Shown in pieces: positions 27,101 to 42,131 of a stretch of DNA of 64,000 nt (positions within the stretch are counted from its first letter, which is position 1; each line of letters starts with the position of its first letter). This stretch comes from Eledone cirrhosa (lineage: Eukaryota). The stretch lies in the NCBI GenBank assembly GCA_964016885.1, contig CAXHJY010000447.1:24379-88378 (forward strand). Reading direction: 5' to 3'. Made by a program: the position numbers and the translations under genes. A model generated the notes under the pieces. The model saw nothing but the letters and a program-made list of their open reading frames with translations, was not told the origin of the DNA and made no database searches.

Positions 27101-28258
27101 AACTTGCATAGCAATAGCCACTTCATAATCGTGGGCACCTGGTCCACTTTTTGTTTCTGATCTAACCTGGGCCAGTGGTTGCTCTTTATCTTCAGTTTCT
27201 TTTACTTTTCAACCCCAACTCTTTATTTGAACTTTACACCTTGCTTTAATTTCTTATTTGGAACCCTGGCTCTTTCTATCACCCTACACTGATTCTAGGC
27301 TTCATCTTTCCTCTTTGTCCACCTCACATCTGTAAATTATGAACTACTAGTTCCTCCTTCCCCACCACTCTTTCAACTCCTTCAATTTCTTTCATACTCA
27401 TATACCTTTGGCACAGATAGCAATACCACATTTTAGTCTTATCCCCCTTCTCACTCTACTTCTATCTACCATCTATCTATCTATCTATTTTTCTTTCTCT
27501 CAGACTAAAGCAATATCTAAAACTTTAGAATCTACACTTTTCACAGCAAAAACATTTACTGAGCTTCCTCATAAATATACACTGGTTGCACTGTCAAAAT
27601 TAGTTTAGGTTAACATTGTTAATGTTTTGTTTAACATGGAAAGACAACAATTCCATGGAAAGTACTCAATTCATAAAATAGAGAAGATATATATTTATTT
27701 ATTGAATTCATTATGAATTCTTAAAGAAAACAGAACTTATGCTATGCAACTCATTAATTAAATGAAATAAAAGTATTTAGACAAAAAATCCAAATTAAAA
27801 ATAGAAAAAATATACACAACATATAAACAAGCAAAGTAGTGTAAAATAATCATAAATACTACAGCAGAGAAAACAAGTATTAATAAGACGAAAAGTAGGG
27901 CGCTTTTTTTTAATGAACAGAATAAATAGACTTATTAGAATAGTTATAAAAGGATTTTGAATACAGGATAAATATACAAATTTGAGAAGTCAATTTTTTC
28001 AGAAAAATGTATCAAACTCATGAGAAATATAAAGGAAAAGAATAATTTGGTGTTTTGTAAGTGTGTTTAGATATGACCATATCAGAAAAGATTAAATTTG
28101 ATGATAAGTGTATCAAGTTGATTGGCAACAATGGTATAGAAATAGAAAGGTGAATGTGAAAGATTTTATTTATCCTAAATTCAATATATCTTGTGTTTTG
28201 TATATATACTCGGATAATGATATATATATATATATGTATATATAAATATATGTATATA

Positions 28259-28333
<75 letters not shown>

Positions 28334-28337
28334 CTAT

Positions 28338-28530
28338 CTAAGGCGGGTAAAATTCCTGAGATCCATGGACGAGTTCTCTCCAGCGGTCTCTGTCCCTCAT
28401 TATCGCTGCCATATCCTGCATCTCCAACAGACCAGTGTCTGTCCTTAGGGCATCAACATATGTTAACCTTGGTCTTCCTTTTCTAGTGTGTCCATGTAGG
28501 GGCACCAAAAGGAGAACTGAGTGCAATGTC
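28338..28530 (-). mobile_element. 3' fragment of the RTE family at 34.1-34.8 kb inserted in (TA)n
   Basis: Translation [30 protein letters not shown]...EFYPP is nearly identical to the end of ORF 34219-34797. Confidence 0.85.
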
Positions 28531-29140
<610 letters not shown>

Positions 29141-29248
29141 TAAAATAACAGATTAAAGTTTAAGCAAAGAATCGCTGATTTCACCCTTAACGGGATCTTC
29201 TGAAATTGACAAAGTCAATCTGTAAACGCGTTTACAGATTTACTTTCT

Positions 29249-30293
<1,045 letters not shown>

Positions 30294-30294
30294 G

Positions 30295-30393
<99 letters not shown>

Positions 30394-30414
30394 TTATATA
30401 TATATACTTATATA

Positions 30415-30649
<235 letters not shown>

Positions 30650-30666
30650 ATATATGTATATATATA

Positions 30667-31405
30667 CCGAAAACGATAAATGTAATAGAATGAAACGAAA
30701 TTTTATTTCTCACTCTTAGTATGGCACTTACTTAAATGTGAGTATGTATTTATACGTACATACGTATATGTATACAGACGTACAGTAGTATGTATATATA
30801 TATACATACATGCACACATATATATATATGCACGTATCGGTTTACCGAACATTTATTATAATGCTCGGTTTGATTGTTTGTAAACAAATAGCCTGAATTA
30901 CTCCGTACAGTATTTTGGCAACCCCGTCACCTTTTTGTTCAACACTGACACAGGAACGATGTATGTCGTTTTCGGTGCGCCCAGCCGACTGAACTCACTC
31001 GATATGCAAATTAGGCTGCTCAGCTGTTAATATGCATAAGGAAAGTATATAATTTCAGACGTTCAACCATCTGGCAGGAAGGTATACGATGCTGACGATA
31101 GCTAATAAGCTTGAAACTAGTACATCGTTCCTGTGTCAGTGTTGAAGAAAAAGGTGACGAGGTTGCCTAAAAACTGTACGGCGTAATTCGGGCTGTTTGT
31201 TTGTTTACAAACAAACAAACCGAACATTATAATAAATGTTCGGTAAACCGATACGTGCATATATATATGTGTGCATGTATGTATATATATACATACTACT
31301 GTACGTCTGTATACATATATGTATGTACGTATACATACATACATACTTACATTTAAGTAAGTGCCATACTAAGAGTGAGAAATGAAATTTCGTTTCATTC
31401 TATTC
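30667..31405. mobile_element. Fold-back element (family B), ~280 bp arms
   Basis: 30684-30963 is the inverse of 31121-31404; the spacer contains the HHR 5' half; a second copy is at 45690-46213. Confidence 0.85.
31086..31128 (+). ncRNA. Minimal type I hammerhead ribozyme (family B)
   Basis: ACGATG-CTGACGA-tAGC-TAATAA-GCTt-GAAAC-TA-GTA|CATCGT; palindromic ACTAGT stem III. Confidence 0.88.
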
Positions 31406-31441
<36 letters not shown>

Positions 31442-31447
31442 AATATG

Positions 31448-31530
<83 letters not shown>

Positions 31531-31531
31531 G

Positions 31532-31594
<63 letters not shown>

Positions 31595-31617
31595 TTATAT
31601 ATGTATATATATATGTG

Positions 31618-31672
<55 letters not shown>

Positions 31673-31695
31673 TTATATATGTATATATATATGTG

Positions 31696-31790
<95 letters not shown>

Positions 31791-31800
31791 ATATATATAC

Positions 31801-31910
<110 letters not shown>

Positions 31911-31937
31911 ACATATATAAATATGTATATATATATG

Positions 31938-31968
<31 letters not shown>

Positions 31969-31972
31969 GTAC

Positions 31973-32005
<33 letters not shown>

Positions 32006-32006
32006 C

Positions 32007-32039
<33 letters not shown>

Positions 32040-32075
32040 CATATATATATACATATACATATATATATACATACA

Positions 32076-32487
32076 GTATTTACGTATCGAGAAAGAGAAA
32101 AAAGGGGAGGATAGGTGATACATATAGTTATTTGCCAAGTAGCGTATGCCAAAGGTGCTCGATACTAGTGCCGGCAGTATTAAATATTCGAAGTGTTAAT
32201 ATTTAGTGGGCTAGAGAGTTAGCAGAGCGTAAGCTCGTGGGAAAGTAAAAAATCGGAGAATAGACCGTTAAAACATGTTTATTTAAAACAGCACCTACGT
32301 ACGTTTCGCCCAGTTGGGCTTCTCAAGGGCATAAATAATCACAAGTGTTCCTTATATTCCGAGCAATATAAGGAACACTTGTGATTATTTATGCCCTTGA
32401 GAAGCCCAGCTGGGCGAAACGTACGTAGGTGCTGTTTTAAATAAACATGTTTTAACGGTCTATTCTCCGATTTTTTACTTTCCCACG
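32076..32487. mobile_element. Fold-back element (family C), 123 bp arms, 6-nt loop, ~160 bp tail on the left
   Basis: 32236-32358 is the inverse of 32365-32487 (one mismatch seen); flanked by TA. Confidence 0.88.
32393..32432 (+). ncRNA. Hammerhead ribozyme with variant core UUGAGAA (U3:A8); mirror copy at 32291-32330(-)
   Basis: GCCC-TTGAGAA-GCCCA-GC-TGGGC-GAAAC-GTAC-GTA|GGTGC; stem I is short and bulged. Confidence 0.7.
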
Positions 32488-32585
32488 TATATATAAATAT
32501 ATATATACATATCTATACATATATATATATATACATATATATATACATATATATACATATATATGTATGTATGTATGTATCTATG

Positions 32586-32635
<50 letters not shown>

Positions 32636-32637
<2 letters not shown>

Positions 32638-32915
32638 TCATCATCATCATCATCATCATCATTATCATTTTACGTCTGCTTTTCCCTGCTTGCAAGGGTA
32701 GGGCGGGTCCGATTCAGCATCTCTCCACTTGTCACGGTCCTTCGTCATCTCCTTCGTGAGTTTCAGCGATCTTGAGGTCTGCTCTCACCACCTCCGCCCA
32801 TGATGTTTTCCTCTATGCATCTTCCTTCTACTGGGATTTCTCGGCACTTCTTTACTCAGTGGTCATCCTCCATGCGCATCACATGTCCATACTATTGCAG
32901 TCTTCTCTTATGGAA
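32636..32915 (-). mobile_element. RTE-like 3' end with (GAT)n tail
   Basis: Minus strand RLQ*YGHV.RMEDD...W.EVVRADL...AE...RDKWR, then a (GAT)n tail. Confidence 0.65.
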
Positions 32916-33584
32916 CGAAGCTTAATAAATACAATGTACACAGCATCGATCATTTCCTCCTCACTCATTAATTTCATTAAAACCGAATTATTATAATTTG
33001 AATACAACCGATTAGAGTGTACACTTAAACGTTAATCAGTGAGGAAGATGACTTCGTGTGGGTAGGAAGTTTTAGTTACCCGGACTTCTGCACCGGTTTC
33101 TGTGATTCTGAACTGCTGGTGGTGATCTGAATAGAACCACCATTGGCAGAAATTAAATAATGTTAGTATATATTACATAATTAGGCAAGAACTGCTTCGT
33201 CAGGAGAAGGATTCACCTCCATGCAATGGAAAGTTCTGTATGGCTATCTTGTACACCAGGTTGGTGAACACAAGTGCTGTAGTATTAATCTTTAAACTTT
33301 CTGTGACAGGTGACATCACATGACGTGGGAGGTAAGCCAGGCCTGACCAATTTACTGGGAACACATTTAATGAGAAGGAGTAAGAGAACAAGATTTTTTG
33401 CTCTATTTCCTGCTTATTTTCTCTTAGATTGTGGGGAATAGCCTGGAGTGTAGGGAATAACCTCGGAGAAGCCCCTATTGCATAAGGCTATATCATAGTA
33501 AGGAGCTGCCCTATCGAAACTGGCACGGTTAGGAGAGGTTAGATATCTGCTTACTAATATGTGGTATCTCATAGAGCTGGTTTA

Positions 33585-33880
33585 AAAATTGCTTCCATAA
33601 TCAGGAAACAACATTCAGATACGCAAATAAAAGAAACACCACAAATTTGGAAAATAAAATACGGCATCTCAAAGACAAGAATATAGACGTCTCCATCAAA
33701 TGAAAGATACTAGAAAAAGCTTGACTATATATAAATGGGCCTAGAGATTATGCCATGATGAAAAATGATGTATACTGAATAATCTCCACAACAATAACAA
33801 ACTACTAAAGACATGTGCAGATTTCTTCTCACAATGGTCTCATGTTTTTAAGTGACTTTTAAAGAACTGGCCTCCTAAAT
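33585..33880 (+). pseudogene. Decayed PLE GIY-YIG C-terminal fragment
   Basis: TTFRYANKRNTTNLENKIRHLKDKNIDVSIK*KILEKA aligns with SF.DP.KKSSTALS..LWQL...TTWNIV of ORF 56387-57055. Confidence 0.6.
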
Positions 33881-34050
33881 ATTGATTTATGTCTTTTTTA
33901 AACTATAGATTTTTCTAGCTCCTTGTAAATATTAGCTAATCTAGTGTTTGATCATGTTTTTTCGATCAAATTGTCTCCTCTATATCTGCACTGCATCTTC
34001 CAATGCATTGAGTATTCTCATGATTTCTGGTCTCCCTGATCCCAGCAATA

Positions 34051-34137
<87 letters not shown>

Positions 34138-34141
<4 letters not shown>

Positions 34142-34797
34142 AGACTAAAACAAAATATCTGGTAGAGATTGTTGAGAAGCCAGAGGAGATCACTAATGTA
34201 GGCGGGAAGCCGCTAGAATTGGTTGAGGACTTCCTGTATTTGGGAGCAAAGATTGGGAATACGGAAGATGATGTGGTTGAGAGGAAGAGCAAAGCCTGGG
34301 CGGCGTGCCACAGCTTGAGATCGGTGTGGAAGTCGGACCTTCGTAAAGACCTGAAAATCCGTCTCTTCATTGCTGTAGTGGAGTCTGTGCTGCTGTACGG
34401 GTCTGAGACTTGGAGACTGACCAAGAAACTCACTCAGATGGTGGATGGGTGCTACACGAGAATGCTGAGGATGGCTCTGAACATTAATCAGTATACACTG
34501 AGGATGAAAAACTCAGAGCTGTATGGGAGCCTCCCAAAAGTCAGCTCAAAAGTGACACAGAAGAGACTGAGGTTGGCTGGACATGCTCACCGATATCCAG
34601 AGTTGACATTGCACTCAGTGTTCTTGTGGGAGCCCCTACATGGACACACTGGAAGAGGAAGACCAAGGTTAACGTATGTTGATGCCCTAAGGACAGAAAC
34701 TGGTCTGTTGGAGACGCAGGACATGGCAGCGATAATAAAGGACAGAGACCGCTGGAGAGAACTCGTCCATGAATCTCGGGAATTTTACCCGCCCTAG
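34138..34797 (+). mobile_element. 5'-truncated RTE-clade LINE (post-RT C-terminal domain) preceded by (CT)n
   Basis: VEDFLYLG, VESVLLYGSETW, DGCYTRMLRMALN, RRLRLAGH-like, GRPRLTYVD motifs. Confidence 0.9.
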
Positions 34798-34814
34798 AAT
34801 AGAATATACATACA

Positions 34815-35820
34815 AACTCAAATAACACAATAGCTCTGGCTAGTAAAATTTGGCTTGTGGATAACAAACAAGAATAACAAATACTTTGGTCTAAATTATC
34901 TAATGCTAGAGCTTACTCGTACGGAATGACCCAATGCAAATTATGTAATATGGAATTACTCCATATTTTACAATATAATAACAAATTATAAAATAACAAG
35001 ATAGAATGCACTATATATTGTCAGTAGTGATATGCCAACACAATCATAAACTAGAAACCACAATAGATGGGATTCGATCCAATACTATAACTTCCCAGAC
35101 ATAACATTTGAAAACTAAGCGTCACTAGATAGTTTAAAGTACCTTTCTTACAACCATATTAGGATGCCAATATGTATAACTAGCATACCTTATCTTGCAA
35201 ATTTAGCCATTTATCTACCCTTTATCTCAATTGCATCATAAATAATCAAATTACTTAACCAATCAAATGCAACCCACTGCCTCATGGAAGCCATAAATAA
35301 CCCACCAGTCTATCAACATCAAAGGACGAACTCTTTACCAATCAGATGCAAGAGAAGCTGACAATGTAAAGACATACCTACATAGAATCTAAGAACGCAC
35401 TCAATATGTCACCATCTCTTTCCTTCACATCTAGTATCATTTATTTTATTCTATTTCATAACATACTTTATATATCTCATTTTTTATTCTTCACATTCAT
35501 TATATTATTCTATCTTGAATTTTTCACATCTCATATATCACTCCTACAACAAGTTTATTGCCCACCAAACATGTGAGTTGCTAAATTTATTTTAATTTTC
35601 ATTTGATGTTTATATGATTTAATATAAAATCGTATTGCTGATTCCGAAATCAGTGTTTTGAAAATTTGCCTAGTATAAGCAGTATTTAAAACCAAGTTTC
35701 CCAATAAGATTGATACCGATTTTAAAACATAATCAGTTGCATACTAGACAATGAAACATATGTTAATGCTTGGAATAAAACCCTATTGTATCGCTTACCG
35801 TGTTAATCATCATTCATTAT
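34815..35820 (+). mobile_element. 5'-truncated PLE remnant (GIY-YIG C-terminus plus 3' UTR)
   Basis: ALASKIW....E*QILWSKLSNARAYSYGMTQCKLCNMELLHIL (W..A..Y...CxLC..E motif); HHR in UTR; ends in TA. Confidence 0.65.
35652..35770 (+). ncRNA. Hammerhead ribozyme with variant core UUGAAAA and long stem II (family D)
   Basis: AGTGTT-TTGAAAA-tTTGCCTAGTAT...ATACTAGACAAt-GAAAC-ATAT-GTT|AATGCT. Confidence 0.65.
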
Positions 35821-35835
35821 ATATATATATATATA

Positions 35836-36213
35836 ACCTTGATCACCTTGACCGACCAGTCTGTCGGGTGCCATTCGCCGCCGCTGGTCACAGCACGTTG
35901 CTGTTTTAGCCATACGATGACGCCATCCCACTGGCTGGGCGGGCAGGCCATAAGTCTAAAGTCTGTCTTAAGCCAGAAGGCTCATTTAGCCGGTCTTTAT
36001 CCTGGTTTCATGGCGTGAAGCGACTGAGAGTACAAGACTCCCCCCCCCCCCCTTGACAGGACGCCAGTCCATCGCAGGGTTAAACCTCCAGCTATTTCTG
36101 GTACTCATATTCAGCTAAGTAAACTGGAGCAACGTGAAATAAAGGGTCTTACTCAAGGAAACAACACATCACTCGGTCCGAGAATTGAACTCACAACCTT
36201 TCGATTTCAAGCT
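35836..36213 (-). mobile_element. CORE-type SINE with long GC-rich 3' region
   Basis: Minus strand GAGTTCAATTC B box, CCTTGAGTAAGACCCT core and ACTTAGCTGAATATGAGTACC; related to 22443-22592. Confidence 0.7.
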
Positions 36214-36223
36214 TATATATATA

Positions 36224-36392
36224 TAGAAGTGGTTACACAACAGGTGCCACATCCCGAGCTGAAGATCCGCGAAGGTGAAACAATTGTTCTCGGTATGGTG
36301 AACTAACTGTTGTGTAACCACTTCTACCTAACTCGTCCCTTGGACTGAGTGCTCTACCACTACGGATATTACCTTCCAGTGTTCCACCACTA
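36224..36392 (+). mobile_element. Tiny (~170 bp) HHR element in TA with 20 bp inverted 5' end (family E)
   Basis: TAGAAGTGGTTACACAACAG (36224-36243) is the inverse of 36307-36326; HHR lies between them. Confidence 0.75.
36254..36293 (+). ncRNA. Minimal type I hammerhead ribozyme (family E)
   Basis: CCGAG-CTGAAGA-tCC-GCGAA-GGt-GAAAC-AATT-GTT|CTCGG. Confidence 0.88.
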
Positions 36393-36409
36393 ATATATAT
36401 ATATATATT

Positions 36410-37901
36410 TCGTTTCTGAATTTGTTTAGCAAGATTCTTTATCTGAAATCGTGTGTTGAAACCGATATTGTTATACTTTGGGAGGGTCATGTTGCCAATA
36501 AGAAACACACGCACCAGTTGCTTTCACTTCAATTTATTATAATAAATTTATAATAAATTTATAAATTTCTGGTTGGTTGGTTGGTTCCACAACCAGATAG
36601 TTGTTTATATATAGTCATAGTTCTTTTGTCACACACTCTGTGACCTCTTCAGTGACTGGGGATTCCTTTCTTTGTTTCTGTGCCTCTCCTTTGTTCTGTC
36701 CTACGCCATTTTGTTTCTGTGTGTGTGTTGTGACTCAGTCTGCGCATGCGCCACATCCGGGTGTCTGTGTGTGTTTATGTTCATTTATTTATTTGTTTAT
36801 TTACATGTTACTGGTTGGTTGTTTGTTCTATGTGTGTATGTGTTTTCATTTTGTCCTTAATTGTAAGTTGTGATGTTGCTGTTCCACTCATATTTTCTAT
36901 TTAATTTTGGTTGTAATTCTTTTATGTTTATTGCCTCTGTAATTTGTCTAAACATTGCGTCTTTTCTGTGTGTAGATTCTATTTTTATTTCTATGTTCTC
37001 TAATTTACCCTTGTGTTCTATTTTTGCATGTTAGTAGAGTACATATGATTCTTTATTATCTTGAAGGTCTCGCCAGTATTCATTTATCCGTTCCCCTACA
37101 CTACGAGCTGTCTCACCTATGTACACTATATTTTTGTCTCTACATTGTCCTTCAGTACATCTTATGCTATATATAACATTTCTAGTTTTACAGTTAATAT
37201 GGGGGCTTAATTTACAGATTATACATTTCTTATCTTTACAGGGATGTCTTTGAAAAGGGTATGTATTGCTAATAAGTGTTTTTATGGAGGTACCTGGTCT
37301 TTCTACTATCTTACTATTGTGTTTATGTTTATCTAGGGCCCTTCTAAATGTGTAAGCTAATTCACCTCTAGGGGTTGTATCGATGAACATTACACTCTGG
37401 TATTTATTGCTATCATACCATGAGTTTATTCTATTAGCCTTGTTCCTAGTTCTTTCTATTCTATTCCAAAATTTGCTCCTATACACGGGGCAGTTCCCAT
37501 TTATGTCATTATTTACCATTTTTTCCCATTTGGTTCTGGCTCCTCTATACACTCTGATTTTATCTCTCTGATTGTAGCCAGAGAACTGCATACGGTGGAT
37601 GAAGTGTTGTATGTGTCTCCCTAGTTCTTCGGGGTTGCACATGCGGGACACATTTATCATCACCCGTACCAAATCCGCAATCAGTATGTTGATTTTGGTA
37701 TGGTCCGAAACGGCCGAGTTTCGGTGGATCAGATGTTTGGAAGTCATGGGTTTGGCATAATGGGAATGGAGGATTTGTTTTTTGTTATTAATGGTATCTA
37801 ACCAGAGCTCTGTGTCTAGTACAGGTAATCGATGGTTGGGGTGTTTACTTGGGTAGTCTATAGTAACTCTAATGCTCTGGTGGATGGAGTTTGCTATTTG
37901 C
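36410..37901 (-). mobile_element. 5'-truncated PLE (family F): RT thumb plus GIY-YIG endonuclease, ORF ~37901-36857 with one premature stop at 37031, then 3' UTR
   Basis: IANSI...VTIDYPS..RLPVLD (RT motif E region); CxxxxCxxC..NCKTRNVIYSIRC...VYIGETARSVGERINE; continues past the TAA as HAKIEH...RQITEAINI...LNRKYEW. Nematis-like clade is inference only. Confidence 0.9.
36613..36657 (-). ncRNA. Hammerhead motif (family F) with GAAA mutated to AAAA
   Basis: Minus strand AGTCA-CTGAAGA-GGTCACA..TGTGAC-AAAAG-AA-CTA|TGACT; the copy at 51737-51779 keeps GAAA. Confidence 0.65.
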
Positions 37902-37917
37902 TGTCTGATTTTGAGTT

Positions 37918-37992
37918 TATCTCCTGATGATCCCAACTCTGGATAATTCATATTTGGATGTCCTAAATAAGGAAGAAACCATGGTAGAGATA
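37918..37992 (+). ncRNA. Type I hammerhead ribozyme (family G, copy 1)
   Basis: TATCTC-CTGATGA-TCC...GGAa-GAAAC-CATG-GTA|GAGATA. Confidence 0.85.
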
Positions 37993-38582
37993 TAATTACG
38001 GTATGTGCGCATTTCTTATGAGTTTAATTTTACTACTAATTGTGTGTGGTTGATGGTATATTTGGTCGGATTCTGCATGCTGCCGAAATGTTTGATAAAT
38101 AATGGAACGGGGCTGCCGCGAAGAGGCTACGATCAATTGTTTGTCAGAGATTTCCCCGTAAGAAAATTTATTCTTAAAGCTTGCTAGATTTTATTTTGTA
38201 TATGGCTAATTATGCTAATTAGAAGAAGAAATAGTATATATTTTAATATCTGATGATTCTATAGACATGATTTATGATATAATGCTCTGATTTTTTTTAT
38301 TTTAATTTATTAATTCTTCATTGAGCTTAAAAGTGAACAGTTGCAACATATATATATATAATTTTATGTATGTGATAACCTTTATATTTAATAATCTCCC
38401 AATTGGTTGAGATTAAATTTGGCGATATATGGCTGCGCTTTCTAGCAGCAAGCCTACCCGCCGTAAGCAACCAATCACACGCTTTCTCTCTGGCTGGTAC
38501 ACAGCTACGTAGCGATTTTAGCCATTTTTGAATCTAAATTTGGCGCGATCGGTTAGAAAAACTAAATGTCTGATTTTGAGTT

Positions 38583-38657
38583 TATCTCCTGATGATCCTA
38601 ACTCTGGATAATTCATATTTGGATGTCCTAAATAAGGAAGAAACCATGGTAGAGATA
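38583..38657 (+). ncRNA. Type I hammerhead ribozyme (family G, copy 2)
   Basis: Same core and stems as copy 1. Confidence 0.85.
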
Positions 38658-39104
38658 TAATTACGGTATGTGCGCATTTCTTCTAAGTTTAATTTTACTA
38701 CTAATTGTGTGTGATTGATGGTATATTTGGTCGGATTCTGCATGCTGCCGAAATGTTTGATAAATAATGGAACGGGGCTGCCGCGAAGAGGCTACGATCA
38801 ATTGTTTGTCAGAGATTTCCCCGTAAGAAAATTTATTCTTAAAGCTTGCTAGATTTGATTTTGTATATGGTTAATTATGCTAATTAGAAGAATAAATAGT
38901 ATATATTTTAATATCTGATGATTCTATAGACATGATTTATGATATAATGCTCTGATTTTTTGATTTTAATTTATTAATTCTTCATTGAGCTTAAAAGTGA
39001 ACAGTTGCAACATATATATATTTATATATATTTATATATATATATCTATTTATATATATATATCTATTTATATCTATTTATATATATATATCTATTTATA
39101 TATA

Positions 39105-39283
<179 letters not shown>

Positions 39284-39328
39284 ATTTATATATATATATG
39301 TATATTTATATATATATATATATATATA

Positions 39329-39405
<77 letters not shown>

Positions 39406-39468
39406 ATATTTATAAATATATATATATATAAATATATAAATATATATAAATATATATAAATATATATA

Positions 39469-39516
<48 letters not shown>

Positions 39517-39584
39517 TATATATATAAATATATAAATATATATAAATATATATAAATATATATATATATATATTTATATATATT

Positions 39585-39623
<39 letters not shown>

Positions 39624-39633
39624 ATATTTATAT

Positions 39634-40024
39634 GCAAAGTTTTATTTAAATTGTTGGGTTACAACGAGTAAATATTTATAACTGATATAAAAGCACTCAA
39701 CAAGTATTTGGAGTATATTTACGATATTAAATAAATGGAAACTATATTTATAAAACCATAATTATTTCATTATATATATTTCAGGGATATCATATTAAAA
39801 ATATGTTATGCCTTCTTCAGACAAAATACAATATAAACAGTCTTATAAATATATAGATTCGACATACGAAATATATAGTATGTCGAATCTATATATTTAT
39901 AAGACTGTTTATATTGTATTTTGTCTGAAGAAGGCATAACATATTTTTAATATGATATCCCTGAAATATATATAATGAAATAAATATGGTTTTATAAATA
40001 TAGTTTCCATTTATTTAATATCGT
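39634..40024. mobile_element. Fold-back of the family-H PLE 3' end with HHRs at 39763-39828(-) and 39917-39982(+)
   Basis: Arms 39721-39867 and 39878-40024, 10-nt loop. HHR: TATTTTGT-CTGAAGA-AGG..CCT-GAAAT-ATAT-ATA|ATGAAATA. Confidence 0.88.
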
Positions 40025-40233
40025 ATATATTTATATATATTTATATATATTTATATATATATATATATTTATATATATTTATATATATATATTTATATAT
40101 ATTTATATATATATATTTATATATATTTATATATATATATTTATATATATATATATATATTTATATATATTTATATATATATATATATTTATATATATTT
40201 ATATATATATATTTATATATATTTATATATATT

Positions 40234-40266
<33 letters not shown>

Positions 40267-40327
40267 ATATTTATATATATTTATATATATTTATATATAT
40301 ATTTATATATATTTATATATATATATT

Positions 40328-40614
<287 letters not shown>

Positions 40615-40615
40615 T

Positions 40616-41042
<427 letters not shown>

Positions 41043-41253
41043 ATATATTTATATATATTTATATATATTTATATATATATATATATTTATATATATTTAT
41101 ATATATATATTTATATATATTTATATATATATATTTATATATATTTATATATATATATTTATATATATATATATATATTTATATATATTTATATATATAT
41201 ATATATATTTATATATATTTATATATATATATTTATATATATTTATATATATT

Positions 41254-41286
<33 letters not shown>

Positions 41287-41347
41287 ATATTTATATATAT
41301 TTATATATATTTATATATATATTTATATATATTTATATATATATATT

Positions 41348-41622
<275 letters not shown>

Positions 41623-41623
41623 T

Positions 41624-41720
<97 letters not shown>

Positions 41721-41722
<2 letters not shown>

Positions 41723-42100
41723 GATATTAAATAAATGGAAACTATATTTATAAAACCATATTTATTTCATTATATATATTTCAGGGATATCATATTAAGA
41801 ATATGGTATTCCTTCATCAGACAAAATACAATATAAACAGTCTTATAAATAGATAGATTTAACATACCTTACACTTCGACTTCCATTTAAAAAGTTGATT
41901 TGGTAGTGAAAAATGTTAGGGACAGTTATAGAGAAAAAAGAAAAGAAAGAAAGAAAGAAAACGAAGAAAAAGAAGAAATGCATGTAACAAAAACCGAGAG
42001 AGATAGATATAGAGAGATAGATAGAGAGAAGAAATTCATGTAAAGAAAAAGCAGAGAGAGATATAGATAGAGAGAGAAAAAACAGAGGGATATAGATAGA

Positions 42101-42131
<31 letters not shown>

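Larger units (their letters stand above)
37902..39010 (+). mobile_element. Retrozyme-like non-coding element (family G): 665 bp period, ~450 bp direct repeats each carrying an HHR
   Basis: 37902-38350 is repeated at 38568-39015; no ORF; HHRs at 37918-37992 and 38583-38657. Confidence 0.8.

Noticed and set aside
29165-29248. Minus-strand CAGAAGA-CCC/GGG-GAAATC hammerhead-like piece next to a 22 bp palindrome
   Set aside because: Core is mutated and stem I does not pair; at most a relic, so not counted.
38250-38290. Extra CTGATGA (also at ~38914)
   Set aside because: No downstream stem II-GAAA-NUH arrangement.
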